Below are positions 27,280 through 37,451 of a DNA stretch of 64,000 nt, in pieces (within the stretch, counting starts at the first letter, position 1; each line of letters starts with the position of its first letter). Under the pieces are notes generated by a model, which was not told the origin of the DNA, ran no database searches, and worked only from the letters and a program-made list of their open reading frames with translations. The position numbers and the translations under genes are program-made. The stretch lies in IMG/VR virus record IMGVR_UViG_3300014205_000185, positions 32,001-96,000 of that record, one strand, 5' to 3'. This DNA is from a virus. Its lineage: Duplodnaviria; Caudoviricetes.

Positions 27280-27698
27280 GCGCCGTACTCATCCGCAGTA
27301 GCGGCGTGAGCTGACTCCAGGATGCCCGCCGCCTCGTTGGGGCTGAGCCCGTGGTCGTCTACGAGCTGCTGGAACAGGTGCCGATAGACTTGCCACCAGC
27401 CGTAGGTCGACGTTGCGCCATCTCGCTCCATGATCGCCTGCTTTAGATAAAGCGCCATATCGAGCGCTTCTTCGTAGGCATCCTGAAGCGCATCTCGTCC
27501 GTTGTGCGCCTGTAGATGACTGCCGTACTTCTCCGCCCGTCGACCGCAAAGCTCTTCGATGTCGGCAAGTACGCGATCCTTCACGAACGGGCCATCGTGG
27601 ACAATCGGCGGCGGTTGCGATGAATCACTCATGACAGGTCCAGCGGGGTCTCGGAATTTGCGAGCGATGTAGTCGAGGGCCTCAGTCTTGGTCATCAT
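27276..27698 (-). CDS. MazG/dUTPase-like all-alpha protein
   Basis: KYG..L...NGRDALQDAYEEALDMALYL (EExxD metal-binding pattern). Confidence 0.6.
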   Translation of the reverse strand: MMTKTEALDYIARKFRDPAGPVMSDSSQPPPIVHDGPFVKDRVLADIEELCGRRAEKYGSHLQAHNGRDALQDAYEEALDMALYLKQAIMERDGATSTYGWWQVYRHLFQQLVDDHGLSPNEAAGILESAHAATADEYGA

Positions 27699-28080
27699 CG
27701 CCGACCTCGCCAGCGTCCTGGTCGGTGTCGAGCGTCAGCTTTAACCAGCGACGGCTCTCGCTCGTCAGGCCCTGGCTGATGGCCTCGGCCTTCGTCTTGA
27801 AGATGCGCCAGTCGACGTAGTCGCCATGGCAGCCCCAGCCAGTGGTGTCATTGCCGGCATGCACGGTGGCCCAGTCGCCGTTCTGTAGCTCCACGAGTGC
27901 GGCTAAATCGGTGTCGTTATAGCCGTCGCCTCCGACGTCACTGGAGTACATGGCCCACACCTTGTAGACCTGCCCCAGAGTCACCTGTTCGCCATCGCGG
28001 GGGTAGCTCTTACCTAGTACCTGCTGCCAGTCATAGGGCCCCCAGCCGGGCAGAGTCGGTAGCTCGCTGATCTCATCCAT
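27682..28080 (-). CDS. hypothetical protein
   Basis: 132 aa; L.NG.W....G.D.TGWGC motif. Confidence 0.6.
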   Translation of the reverse strand: MDEISELPTLPGWGPYDWQQVLGKSYPRDGEQVTLGQVYKVWAMYSSDVGGDGYNDTDLAALVELQNGDWATVHAGNDTTGWGCHGDYVDWRIFKTKAEAISQGLTSESRRWLKLTLDTDQDAGEVGDDDQD

Positions 28081-29122
28081 TGCTTGCCTGCTGGATCTCG
28101 TAGGCCTTCGTCCAGGCCTCTAACCAGCGCCAGGAGTTCAGCTCGATAGTTTGCGTCCGCATATGTTCGCGGCCTCTCTCTCCCAGGTCCTTGCGAAGCG
28201 CGTCATCGTCCATCAGGCGCTTGATCTCTTTGTACCAGTCCTTGGGGCGGTCCACGAGGAGCCCCGCGCCTGATTCCGCGGCGAAGCGTCGGTACTCGGT
28301 CCTGGGACTCGCCACCCAGGGAACGCCGGCCGCGGACGCTTCGATGACCTTTAATCGACTCTTCGAATGGTTGAACGGAGATATTTCCAGCGGGGCCATA
28401 GCCACCTTGAGCTTGGCGGTCTGCTCGACCCAGTTCTCCAGGGGAATGATCCCGGTTACATCGGGCTCCTCCTTGAGGCGCAGCGCGTCCTTCACCTTGG
28501 AGGGGGGGCCGACCACCCGGAACTTGTACCCGTCGTCAATCAGCTCCTGCACAGCTCGACCGCAGGTCTGTAGGTCGACGGGGTGAGACTGCGTCGTCCC
28601 AGCCCAGCCGAAGACGTCGTCTGGCTCGACTTCGATGTCCAGATAACGCTGTGGCACGTAGTTGTCGATGACCATTCCTCGGTCATGCTTGGCGTAGACC
28701 TTGAGCAACGTCCTGGTCGAGAGAGTCACCAGCGTGGCGGCTGCGCAGGCGTACTCAGCGTTCTTCCAGGAGTACGGCGTATTCGACCGAGGATGATAGT
28801 TCCCGTAAGCGGCGTTCTGCTTGTGGATCGCGGTGAGGTCGTCGTCCATGTCGATGACCACCGCTACGCCCTTCTTGCGAAGGAGCTTGATCACGGCTGG
28901 ATGCCAGTTATGGGCCACTCGCTGGAGCACGAGTACATCAGCACCTGTAGGTACCACCACGTCCACGACTTCTGCGTCAATGAACTTAATCTCCAGGCCA
29001 GAGCCGGTGTTAGGCCACTGGATCTCGATGTCGTGGCCCTGGCTGGCTAAGTGCTCGGCAGCCCAGATCAACCGGTAGTAGCCACAGCCTGCCGCGTCCG
29101 CGGGTATCACCAGAATCTTCAT
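28073..29122 (-). CDS. GT-B (GT4-like) glycosyltransferase, paralog of 25468-26427
   Basis: D..GCGYYRL, IDMDD, GWAG...H..D, APL...FN..KS.LK..E....GVP. Confidence 0.88.
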   Translation of the reverse strand: MKILVIPADAAGCGYYRLIWAAEHLASQGHDIEIQWPNTGSGLEIKFIDAEVVDVVVPTGADVLVLQRVAHNWHPAVIKLLRKKGVAVVIDMDDDLTAIHKQNAAYGNYHPRSNTPYSWKNAEYACAAATLVTLSTRTLLKVYAKHDRGMVIDNYVPQRYLDIEVEPDDVFGWAGTTQSHPVDLQTCGRAVQELIDDGYKFRVVGPPSKVKDALRLKEEPDVTGIIPLENWVEQTAKLKVAMAPLEISPFNHSKSRLKVIEASAAGVPWVASPRTEYRRFAAESGAGLLVDRPKDWYKEIKRLMDDDALRKDLGERGREHMRTQTIELNSWRWLEAWTKAYEIQQASNG

Positions 29123-29191
29123 TTGGTCACCGTGCCCCTGTTGGGTTGCCCATTTGGCGAACCCTATTGCATCCGTCCCCCAGAAAGTGGA

Positions 29192-29470
29192 CTAGACCGG
29201 GCTCAGTACGTAGTTCTGAGTGAAGGTGGTCGGGTCCATAGTGAGCAGCGTGCTGCCCGATCGGATGATCCAGTTGTTAACCGGAACAGGGATCGGAGCG
29301 TAGCCCGGGATGGTCGTCACCGGGACACCGGTCGGCTCCAGATACAGGACGCTGTCTCGGATGACTGCGTTGTTGATGACGCCAGAGTTCGCCCGGACGA
29401 ACTGCCGCACCTCTATGACGTTGGTACCGAGCCACTGGAGGGCTTCGACGTAGGGAAGATATCTGACCAT
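29192..29470 (-). CDS. small protein after the tail genes
   Basis: VEALQW.G.N..EV...WII.....F...Y pattern seen in phage small proteins. Confidence 0.6.
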   Translation of the reverse strand: MVRYLPYVEALQWLGTNVIEVRQFVRANSGVINNAVIRDSVLYLEPTGVPVTTIPGYAPIPVPVNNWIIRSGSTLLTMDPTTFTQNYVLSPV

Positions 29471-29473
29471 CTG

Positions 29474-30274
29474 TCAGTACCAGCCTCTCGCTTGCCACGA
29501 GCATCCCGCGATGAAGTTCGCTCCATGCTCAGAACGGAAGACGAGCGAAGTATATGGACCAGTAAGGAGGGCGATTCCGCCAACGTTGCGCTGCCATTGG
29601 TTAACGCCGAACGCCACCGCATTCGAGTTCGTTTCGAAGCTGGGGAAGAGGTAGCCAGGCCGATACCAGCCACTACAGACAATGTTGCCGCTACCGTAGA
29701 CAGTCGCCGTTGCCGCGGCCGTAGTCATGACGCCACAGTCGAAAGACGTCTGCGCATTGCCATTGATGGTAGAGGAGACACCCGAGGCAACCTGAGTTCC
29801 TTGGTAGAAGTACGAAGCAGTGCTGAGGTCATTTACTCGCATCAACATGGTCTCAGCCATGAAGCCGCCATAGTCGGTGCGGACTATCCAGTTGATCTGG
29901 AAGTTTTTAAGCGTGGCCGGGACGTTCATGGTCACAGTGGCCAAGGCCGAGTTCAGGAAAATGTTCTTGGTCCACTCCGCGGGAGTGGCATAGCCAACGA
30001 TGAAGTTTCCTGACGGCGGGACCGAAATGACGTAGACCCGACCTCCGACGTTAAGAATATCCACCATTGGAACGGCTGTAATCGACTCCGTATCTCCGTC
30101 TAGCAGAATGAGCGCAGACGTGATCGCATTTGTAACGCTATCCGCGGTCACCTTAACGACACTTGCCATCCTCAGTTCCCAGGTCAGCCCGAGCGCGTTT
30201 GCGTTACTGACGATCGCCCTTGCCTGCGCGGTGGCCAGCGGAGCCGGGTCGTTGGAAAGCGGAGGGCTGGTCAC
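29474..30274 (-). CDS. minor tail protein
   Basis: position after the tail genes; beta-rich, Ser/Thr/Gly-rich. Confidence 0.7.
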   Translation of the reverse strand: MTSPPLSNDPAPLATAQARAIVSNANALGLTWELRMASVVKVTADSVTNAITSALILLDGDTESITAVPMVDILNVGGRVYVISVPPSGNFIVGYATPAEWTKNIFLNSALATVTMNVPATLKNFQINWIVRTDYGGFMAETMLMRVNDLSTASYFYQGTQVASGVSSTINGNAQTSFDCGVMTTAAATATVYGSGNIVCSGWYRPGYLFPSFETNSNAVAFGVNQWQRNVGGIALLTGPYTSLVFRSEHGANFIAGCSWQARGWY

Positions 30275-31326
30275 CGGTATCCTCGCCGTAGCGTGTGAGA
30301 CATGGGCTCTCCTGCCGTTAGGGTCAATGACCAGGCCACCTCAAGCCACAAGTCGTTTTGCCACTTAATGACGTTGTAGCTGTCGTGACGGGGGTCTGCT
30401 GCGGTCGATAGATTGGTCGTCTGGAACAGGAGGCGACGCTGCATGATGTTCTGCGCAATTGCAGTGCACTGGGCAATCGAACCAACCTGAAGGTTGGTCA
30501 CTTCAGTGATCCTGAATCCGCGCTTCTCGAAAGAGTTCGGCGCGTTCACGGGGACGTCTGCAATGCCGTAGGTTGCAACACTGCGATCGGCTGATGCAGT
30601 AGATGCGACGATGAATCTGTTGGGGGCGTTGAGAATGTTCGATGACTCAGTGATCGAATCTCTCATCACCTGATCGCCCTCGTCCCAGTCAAAGTCCGGG
30701 ATCGCGAATGCCGGGTTGAAGTTGCGAATGAAACGCATCACGTCGGTGTTGTCGAACCATGGACTGAGGTAGTCGCCAGTCAGTGCCAATGATTCGATAA
30801 TGCTGCCTCGGCGGGCGCCGAATCCCCATGACTCAGTGGTGTCGTAGGGCGATGGCTCGATTGTGTACGTAATCGGAAAGTCGCGGATCAGATTCTCAAC
30901 CGCGACAGTGACGGCTGTGTTTGTCGCGAATCCTTCTTCTATCGGCTGGTCGATGATATACATGCGGTCATTCAAGGTGGCGTTGCCAAGACGGCCCGAA
31001 GTAAATAACCGTGACGTCTCATCAGAGAACAGGTAGCGACCCATCGGGTATTCGACCCCGCTGGGGAAGGTCATCTTTACCGTGACCTGATCGGTGATCG
31101 GATTGATTGCCGCGGTGTCGGCGCGACCAAAAGCCAATCGCAGCTGGCGCTTGATCGCCCGAGTCGTGTCATGGCTCAACGTTGCCGGCCGAATCGGTGT
31201 GATCGTACCCAGATTCTCGCCGGAGACACCGTTGATGAGGTTGAACCGATAGCTGTACTGGCGCTGTCCAACCCATGGAGCAAGGTCCAGGATCGGGTCA
31301 TACGGAAAGTTAGTGAGCGCCGGCAT
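30271..31326 (-). CDS. minor tail (baseplate hub-like) protein
   Basis: 351 aa, second gene after the tape measure. Confidence 0.7.
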   Translation of the reverse strand: MPALTNFPYDPILDLAPWVGQRQYSYRFNLINGVSGENLGTITPIRPATLSHDTTRAIKRQLRLAFGRADTAAINPITDQVTVKMTFPSGVEYPMGRYLFSDETSRLFTSGRLGNATLNDRMYIIDQPIEEGFATNTAVTVAVENLIRDFPITYTIEPSPYDTTESWGFGARRGSIIESLALTGDYLSPWFDNTDVMRFIRNFNPAFAIPDFDWDEGDQVMRDSITESSNILNAPNRFIVASTASADRSVATYGIADVPVNAPNSFEKRGFRITEVTNLQVGSIAQCTAIAQNIMQRRLLFQTTNLSTAADPRHDSYNVIKWQNDLWLEVAWSLTLTAGEPMSHTLRRGYR

Positions 31327-34300
31327 CTATGGGCTCACCTGGCTTGCTGTATCGGTGACCTCGACGATCTGAACGGTCGCCTCGTAGAGTCGCCGCCGGT
31401 TACGCACCACGCCACTTGGCACGTTGATGCTAGCGAACCAGCGATTGCCGTCCTCGTCGCGAACGCAGACGTAGGAGACGTCCTCCCAAGCGAGGTCTCG
31501 GAAGGAGACGAAGTCGGCCAACGTCTCTGGCGCGATAGCTGCTGCCTGGACCAGTACCGTCCGCTCGAACTGCTCTCCGCCACGTTCCGTCGGTCGGAAC
31601 GCAGTAAAGAAGTTCCGGTCATACATGGGCTGAAGTTGAGTGAAGCTTGCCTCCGGGAAGGTGAATGGTTCAGAGACTTCGCTCTCCCATACCGAGGAGT
31701 ACGCCAGGTTCGAGCCACCATTCTGGTGCTCGTTGGTCGTGAAGATCAGTACGTGCGCGTTTTCGAGGCAGCTTCCGCTAACTCCCGGCGCAGCCATGGT
31801 CGTGGTGACGGTATCAGACCAAGGCCCCTCGAATCCGTACGACGACAGCCGCCGGATGCGATAGTACGTCTCGACGCCGACTCTTGCCTCATAGTCTTTG
31901 AAGCTCACAATGTACGGATCGTCGGACAACATGATGGTCTGCCAGTCGGTGATCTCATCGCTACGCTGAAGCTCGTACGTGATCTCATTGATCTCATTGA
32001 CTGTATTGAGCTTGAACTCAGTAAGAGTAATGGTGTACGGGATGTTCGAGGCGTTTATAGTGAACCCGACTGCGACGGTGCCGCCAGTGAGAGGGATACC
32101 CGTATCAAAGGTGGCGACAGTCCATTCCTCTGGTTCATTGTTGCGCTGGTTCCATGCTTTTGCGCGTAGTACGCCACCGAGCGCCTGTGCCTTTAGTCGC
32201 CAGCTGGACGACTCAGTGGCATCGTACTGAATGCCCGGCACGTCGATCGCACCCGCCGATATTGTTAACGATGGATTGCGGTCGATATTCACTGAGCCAT
32301 AATGAGTACCGGACCCGGGAAGATTTGGCGGCCCTAAAAGCATGTAGAATTTGTAATGCTCACTCGCGGTGTATCGCAGTCTGATCTCGGCGGTGATGTA
32401 GGACGTCGCCGCGAGAGCGGGCACAAGGGCCGGCGCGGTGAATGCGATCTCTACCTCCTGGTCCTTGGAGACCAGACCGCTAATTGGTGAGACACTGCCC
32501 TGGGGCGACGCGGAGTAACTGGTGATGAAGGCGCTAGATCCTGTGGTGCTCTGAGTGGCAGTTCCGGTTCCAGTTGCCCAGCTGTAGCCATAGTTTGTCG
32601 AACCGAGGCTACCGGTAACGGCAGGTCCGTCGAACGTGTCATAGATCGTGACAGTATTCGGGCCCCAAGTTAATTGATTGTAGTGAATGGCTGTTGGTAT
32701 ACCGCACGGATCGATTCCACAATTTTGGCCAATGCCAGTCACGGGCATGCTCATCTGCGTCACCGCAAATCCGGTAACGACAGGCATGTCTGGTCCGAAT
32801 ATGACCGAGACATCGGCCGATTGGTCCGGTGTCGCTGTCGCGTAATAAGGTCCCCACTGCGGCATCCAGGACTCGTAGACGGAAGCGCCAGAGACGGGAG
32901 CGCCATAAGTGGCGGAATTTAGGCGCTGAGTCAAAGGCACTTGCGGGAATGCGGAGTTCGGCCCGAAGGGTGAATACACCACATAGATCGCAGTGCCCGA
33001 TGCGGCGGGCGCATAGGCGCCAAGCACTTCCCATCTATTGCCCGATGTCTCACCAAAGGCCGACCACCGCCAAGTGGGGTTCAGGCCGGTGCCCATCTGC
33101 GGCGGACTCTCAAAACGAAGGACTATCTCTTTCCAGCCGTCGAGAATCTCGTCGAGCGCATCGAACTCGGCGGGCGTGATCTCAACCTGTTTTCCAATGC
33201 CAGTCAAGCTCGGGCTGTTCAGGCAGTCCACGCGGAGTGGTGCCGTAGTGGCGCCGAAACGGCGGGCATAGAACCGAATCCAGGGCCACGTCTGCAAGGA
33301 GCCAATGACACCATCGTCGATGGTCTGATACACGTAGTTGGTGCTGTAGACCTGGGCCGCCGACTGGCGACCGTAGACGTGACTCTCGGTCAAGGGGTTG
33401 CCACTCGGGGAGTGCAGAGTCAGCTGAGGCAGAAGATCTGTGCTTTCGACGGTGAATGTGCTTCCGATGATCTCCTCGTTCAACGGGAACGGGATATTGA
33501 CCTGAACTGCCTCATGCGACGGGATCTCATATAGCTGTCGTGCCTCGTTGAGGATTGGGTAAGGCTTAGATGTGTTCAGCGCCGACAGGGCGTCGCCATT
33601 GTTCGACTCGCTGAGGGTTACGACATATTCGCCAGACGCAATAGATGGGCTCAACGCTCCGGCCGGGGTTCGAAGGGCGATTGCGTTAGCGCCCAATACA
33701 AACGGACTGCGGGTGTTGAACTCGGACGCGATCGTCGGGCCCATGATGCGGCGAGTGCCGAAAGCCACTCTCCGCTCCTCGCAGTAGAACACCTCCAGGT
33801 ACGCTGTATAGATTTGCAGCGTGGCGCCGATGGCAAGCGGAGCGACCGGATAGTAACTGGAATTGATCAGCATGAAGATTCGGTTAGCTGCGGTTCCCTC
33901 AAACCGCTGCAACTCTGTGAACGTCCATTGCTGAATGTTGGGGTTGTACGTGCTAAAGCCGCCGGTCATGCCTAAGGTCGGGTTAGCGTCACCCAGTCGT
34001 GTGCGAACTGTATGTAGTCCGGTCACTGTGGTGCTGTTCGCCAGTGGCGACATCTGGATAATGCCAAAGGTAGAGCCGTCTGGGAAAGACGTCAGAGTAT
34101 CGTTCGACAGCCACATGTCTGTCGGGAAGTCGTACCCGTCGGTCGCCTGGCTCTGATCTATGTAGTACGAAACGACGAAGTCGACTCCGAGGATCCGCTT
34201 GCCGCTGAGCAGGTTAGCGTAGTTGGTGACGGAAAAATGGAATTTGGCGTACTGGTTACTGAATCCGGGATTCCACTGTAGATAGCTGTCGTCACCGCCG

Positions 34301-34656
34301 TCGAACATGGCTTCAGCCATGCTGGCGGTCTTAGTAAAAGATGGATAGAAGTACGTGTTCGAGTTGCCGGTAACGCTGCCGTTATTGCAGGGGAGCCGGA
34401 TGGATCTGACTGGCCCTGACTGCTCTTCTAGGCCCTTGGGATAGATGCTCGCCGTAAACATACGGTTCCGGATGTAGTACTCCGGAAGAGTGTTCACGTA
34501 GAACTTCGCAGTAGGGATCGTCGTAGTCGCGTTTAGAAGAAAGGAATGGCCACGCTCGATAGAGTTGGCGAACGAGTTGAAGACGAGGTCTTCGTCTCGA
34601 ATGGGAACCCATTCTTGCCCCAGAATCTGGGGGGCGCGAGGGTTGTATCTACCCAT
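31327..34656 (-). CDS. large minor tail protein
   Basis: 1109 aa directly after the tape measure; beta-rich with an FN3-like segment (YELQRSD..W..DYEA..YYRIR). Confidence 0.75.
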   Translation of the reverse strand: MGRYNPRAPQILGQEWVPIRDEDLVFNSFANSIERGHSFLLNATTTIPTAKFYVNTLPEYYIRNRMFTASIYPKGLEEQSGPVRSIRLPCNNGSVTGNSNTYFYPSFTKTASMAEAMFDGGDDSYLQWNPGFSNQYAKFHFSVTNYANLLSGKRILGVDFVVSYYIDQSQATDGYDFPTDMWLSNDTLTSFPDGSTFGIIQMSPLANSTTVTGLHTVRTRLGDANPTLGMTGGFSTYNPNIQQWTFTELQRFEGTAANRIFMLINSSYYPVAPLAIGATLQIYTAYLEVFYCEERRVAFGTRRIMGPTIASEFNTRSPFVLGANAIALRTPAGALSPSIASGEYVVTLSESNNGDALSALNTSKPYPILNEARQLYEIPSHEAVQVNIPFPLNEEIIGSTFTVESTDLLPQLTLHSPSGNPLTESHVYGRQSAAQVYSTNYVYQTIDDGVIGSLQTWPWIRFYARRFGATTAPLRVDCLNSPSLTGIGKQVEITPAEFDALDEILDGWKEIVLRFESPPQMGTGLNPTWRWSAFGETSGNRWEVLGAYAPAASGTAIYVVYSPFGPNSAFPQVPLTQRLNSATYGAPVSGASVYESWMPQWGPYYATATPDQSADVSVIFGPDMPVVTGFAVTQMSMPVTGIGQNCGIDPCGIPTAIHYNQLTWGPNTVTIYDTFDGPAVTGSLGSTNYGYSWATGTGTATQSTTGSSAFITSYSASPQGSVSPISGLVSKDQEVEIAFTAPALVPALAATSYITAEIRLRYTASEHYKFYMLLGPPNLPGSGTHYGSVNIDRNPSLTISAGAIDVPGIQYDATESSSWRLKAQALGGVLRAKAWNQRNNEPEEWTVATFDTGIPLTGGTVAVGFTINASNIPYTITLTEFKLNTVNEINEITYELQRSDEITDWQTIMLSDDPYIVSFKDYEARVGVETYYRIRRLSSYGFEGPWSDTVTTTMAAPGVSGSCLENAHVLIFTTNEHQNGGSNLAYSSVWESEVSEPFTFPEASFTQLQPMYDRNFFTAFRPTERGGEQFERTVLVQAAAIAPETLADFVSFRDLAWEDVSYVCVRDEDGNRWFASINVPSGVVRNRRRLYEATVQIVEVTDTASQVSP

Positions 34657-34675
34657 GTAGTGGCTCCTTTCTTCC

Positions 34676-36730
34676 TTAGACGGGCCAGATCATGCTGCGG
34701 ACGGCGAGGGCGATCTGGCGTTCCTCAATGGTCTTGGCGACCTGTGAAGCGACTGCGCCGCCGGTCATGTTCGCTTGGCTCTGGGTCGCGGGAGCGCCAG
34801 AGAAGTTGACCATGATTGCTCCCGCGCCGAAGCTGATGTTGCTGACCGCCCGGCTGCTGGCGTCCGCCAGGGCCGGAGCCTCCATGTCCATACCGGTCGC
34901 GACTCGCTCGATGATCTTCTGGCCTGCGATGAGAGGGTCGCCCGAGCCTGATAGCGGTCCAGTCTTGGCCGGCGAGAAGGGCCAGTGGTCCCGGACTATC
35001 TTGGCGGCCCAGTCGACAGCGTCACCGAGCCAGGAGAACTTGCTCTTTATGCCCTCAACAAGCATGTCGACGATCTTCGCGCCAGCCTGATACATGGCGT
35101 CCCAGAGGCCCTTTAGCGCCTCTCCGATCTTGCCCGGGATCGACTGGATGAACTCGATCGCCTTATTCCACTCGCCGGTCAGGGCACTGAAGATCGCCAT
35201 ACCGATAGTGGAGATGACCTCGAATATGCCCTTCAGGATTGCCCCGATACCTTCGACCAGTCCCTTCAGGAACGTGAAGAGCACCTTGTTGACCAGGACG
35301 ATCATGCTCCATACGAACTGGAAGAACTCCGCGAAGGCGGGGATGAGCCAGTACCGGACAAATTCGGCCGTTGACTCCAGTAGGGCGAAGACGGCGCCAA
35401 TCCCTAGGAACAGGAACAGGAAGGCGTAGCCGAGCGCCTGAATGGTGTGAATGAGTCCCTCAAGGGCCGCGGCGCCAAGCTCTGACTTGAAGAACTCGGA
35501 CAAGATCTCGAACTGCTTGGTGATGTCCTCTAGGAACTTGTTCCCGCCGGCCTTGTCCAGCTCCGCCACAAAGTCCTTGATGCCGCCGACGATCGCACTG
35601 ATGGAATCGCCAAGCAGTCCGAGAGTTACCTTGACCCGCTCTAGCCAGGCCAAGAACTCTGGGTCGTTCTTCAGCTCCGAGAGCCATCTACCAAAGCCGG
35701 CCACCGCGGCATTGAACTTCTCGCCGAACCAGTTCATGAACGGCATTACCGTCGTGCCAAGCTCGGCAAATCCGATTAGCAGCGTCTGGAGTGCGGGCGT
35801 GAAGGTCTGAATCCACTTCACGGTGGACGGGATCAGCTCACTGACGAACTTCTGGAAGAACGGGTTGTTGAAGAAGGTAACGACACTTCGAGCCAGAGTG
35901 CCAAGCGCCTCAGCGATCTGACTAATGCCCCCAGTGCCGATGCTCTGGATGCCCTTGATGAAGACGCTTATGCCATCCCCGAAGGACTTGAAGAAGCCCT
36001 CCTGGGCTACCGCGGAGAACTCCTTGAACAGCTCCCTAAGGGGCAGCAGGGACTTGACGAACTCCTGTGCGGCTGGCGTCAGGCCTTCTATTGCCTTTTG
36101 TAGCTCGTCGGCATTCTTCGCCGCGAATGCACCCTGGATAGCGGTCCCTAGTCCCTTGAAGGCTAGGAACAGGACGCCAACTTGGAGAATGATCGCGCCG
36201 AGCAGCCCCGGCACGATGTAGAGGAGCGCGATCAGCGCCTGTACGCCTTGGATGAGGCCGCCGATGAGCAGAGCGATCTCGCCGACCACGGGAATGAGTA
36301 ACGCGATCAACGGCGAGCGACCAGAAACGTTGAAGCCGGCGCCAACGGCATCACCGATGGCCTGTCCGACCTTCTTGAAGGCTCCGGTGACCTCTGGACT
36401 AAGCGCCTCGTGCTCGGCATCTCGTGCCGCCGTGCGGATCCAGCGCTTGACAACGTTGCCGTCGCGGTCGATTTCCCAGGTAGACCCGGTGATATGGATT
36501 CGACGGCTATTGAGGCCGTTCTGAAGCTCGACGGCTAAGTCTGAGCCTCGATGCCTAAGTTCTGGGCCCATGCCATCAGCGATGGCATCTCCCATGTCCT
36601 TGCCGGTCTTCTTGAGCTGGGCGTCGCCATCTCTACCAATGGCATCCAGCGACTGCTTGACTTCGCGAGGGACGCGGCTGCTGTCGACCGTTAATTGAGC
36701 AACGAGTTCAGCATCAGGAACGCCTGCCAC
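34676..36730 (-). CDS. tape measure protein
   Basis: amphipathic helical repeats with periodic W/F; PFSPAK.GPL motif; follows the chaperone pair. Confidence 0.85.
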   Translation of the reverse strand: MAGVPDAELVAQLTVDSSRVPREVKQSLDAIGRDGDAQLKKTGKDMGDAIADGMGPELRHRGSDLAVELQNGLNSRRIHITGSTWEIDRDGNVVKRWIRTAARDAEHEALSPEVTGAFKKVGQAIGDAVGAGFNVSGRSPLIALLIPVVGEIALLIGGLIQGVQALIALLYIVPGLLGAIILQVGVLFLAFKGLGTAIQGAFAAKNADELQKAIEGLTPAAQEFVKSLLPLRELFKEFSAVAQEGFFKSFGDGISVFIKGIQSIGTGGISQIAEALGTLARSVVTFFNNPFFQKFVSELIPSTVKWIQTFTPALQTLLIGFAELGTTVMPFMNWFGEKFNAAVAGFGRWLSELKNDPEFLAWLERVKVTLGLLGDSISAIVGGIKDFVAELDKAGGNKFLEDITKQFEILSEFFKSELGAAALEGLIHTIQALGYAFLFLFLGIGAVFALLESTAEFVRYWLIPAFAEFFQFVWSMIVLVNKVLFTFLKGLVEGIGAILKGIFEVISTIGMAIFSALTGEWNKAIEFIQSIPGKIGEALKGLWDAMYQAGAKIVDMLVEGIKSKFSWLGDAVDWAAKIVRDHWPFSPAKTGPLSGSGDPLIAGQKIIERVATGMDMEAPALADASSRAVSNISFGAGAIMVNFSGAPATQSQANMTGGAVASQVAKTIEERQIALAVRSMIWPV

Positions 36731-36803
36731 AGCAACACCACCCCTCAAGACAAGATGCAGCGGAGTGGGTCAGCAGGGCCAGGCGCCACTCCAAGCAGTG
36801 TAT

Positions 36804-37451
36804 CTACTTGCCGAACGAAAGGAATGCGTCGGCGGTCATTTCCATTTCCTCTGCCTGCGCCTCGGCGCCAGGTGGCGGCATTTCCAGCTTCATCGTGAAC
36901 ATGGTCGTGTCCTTCGCCTCCATGAACCGCATCATGAGAAGAAGAACCGAGTCGAGCCAGAGAGATAGCGATACCTTGCTGGCGTCGATTCCCTTGAAAG
37001 CCAATTCAGGTCCCAGGATGTGCCACGACTGTCGAGCTGCCTGGATTAGTCGGATAGCGACCCACCACCGTCGGGCTGCTACCTGCTCGAAGAGGCTCAA
37101 GATTGCCTCATAGAGCTTGTCCGCGCCTACGTGGAGGGCGTTGACCTCGTCTTCCAGTGCGGGCAGGAACTGCATCACGAACCCATCCATGTCGACCTCA
37201 GGCAACATGAAATAGGAGAGCCAGTCGGCCGCGGTGAGAGGCGGCACTTCGAACGAGACGCCCTCGATGATCAGCGTCGTTGACCATGGCCGCAGGGACC
37301 AGATGGGGTCCAGGATCAGGTTCGGGACAGGCGCTCTAGTCGCTGTCTCCGAGGCCGGCGAAGACGGCAACGACGACTGAGACGACGAACGCCTAGGAAC
37401 GCTTGACCGGCGGACGCCCACGGCGCACCTTGGGCTTGATGTCCTCGCCAT
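36804..37451 (-). CDS. tail assembly chaperone, downstream (gpT-like) frame
   Basis: overlaps the upstream chaperone in the +1 frame; no well-spaced RBS/start. Confidence 0.65.
   Translation of the reverse strand: MARTSSPRCAVGVRRSSVPRRSSSQSSLPSSPASETATRAPVPNLILDPIWSLRPWSTTLIIEGVSFEVPPLTAADWLSYFMLPEVDMDGFVMQFLPALEDEVNALHVGADKLYEAILSLFEQVAARRWWVAIRLIQAARQSWHILGPELAFKGIDASKVSLSLWLDSVLLLMMRFMEAKDTTMFTMKLEMPPPGAEAQAEEMEMTADAFLSFGK

Noticed and set aside
29051-32169. + strand ORFs 29051-30013 and 31171-32169
   Set aside because: They are antisense to well-supported tail genes and have no protein-like features.
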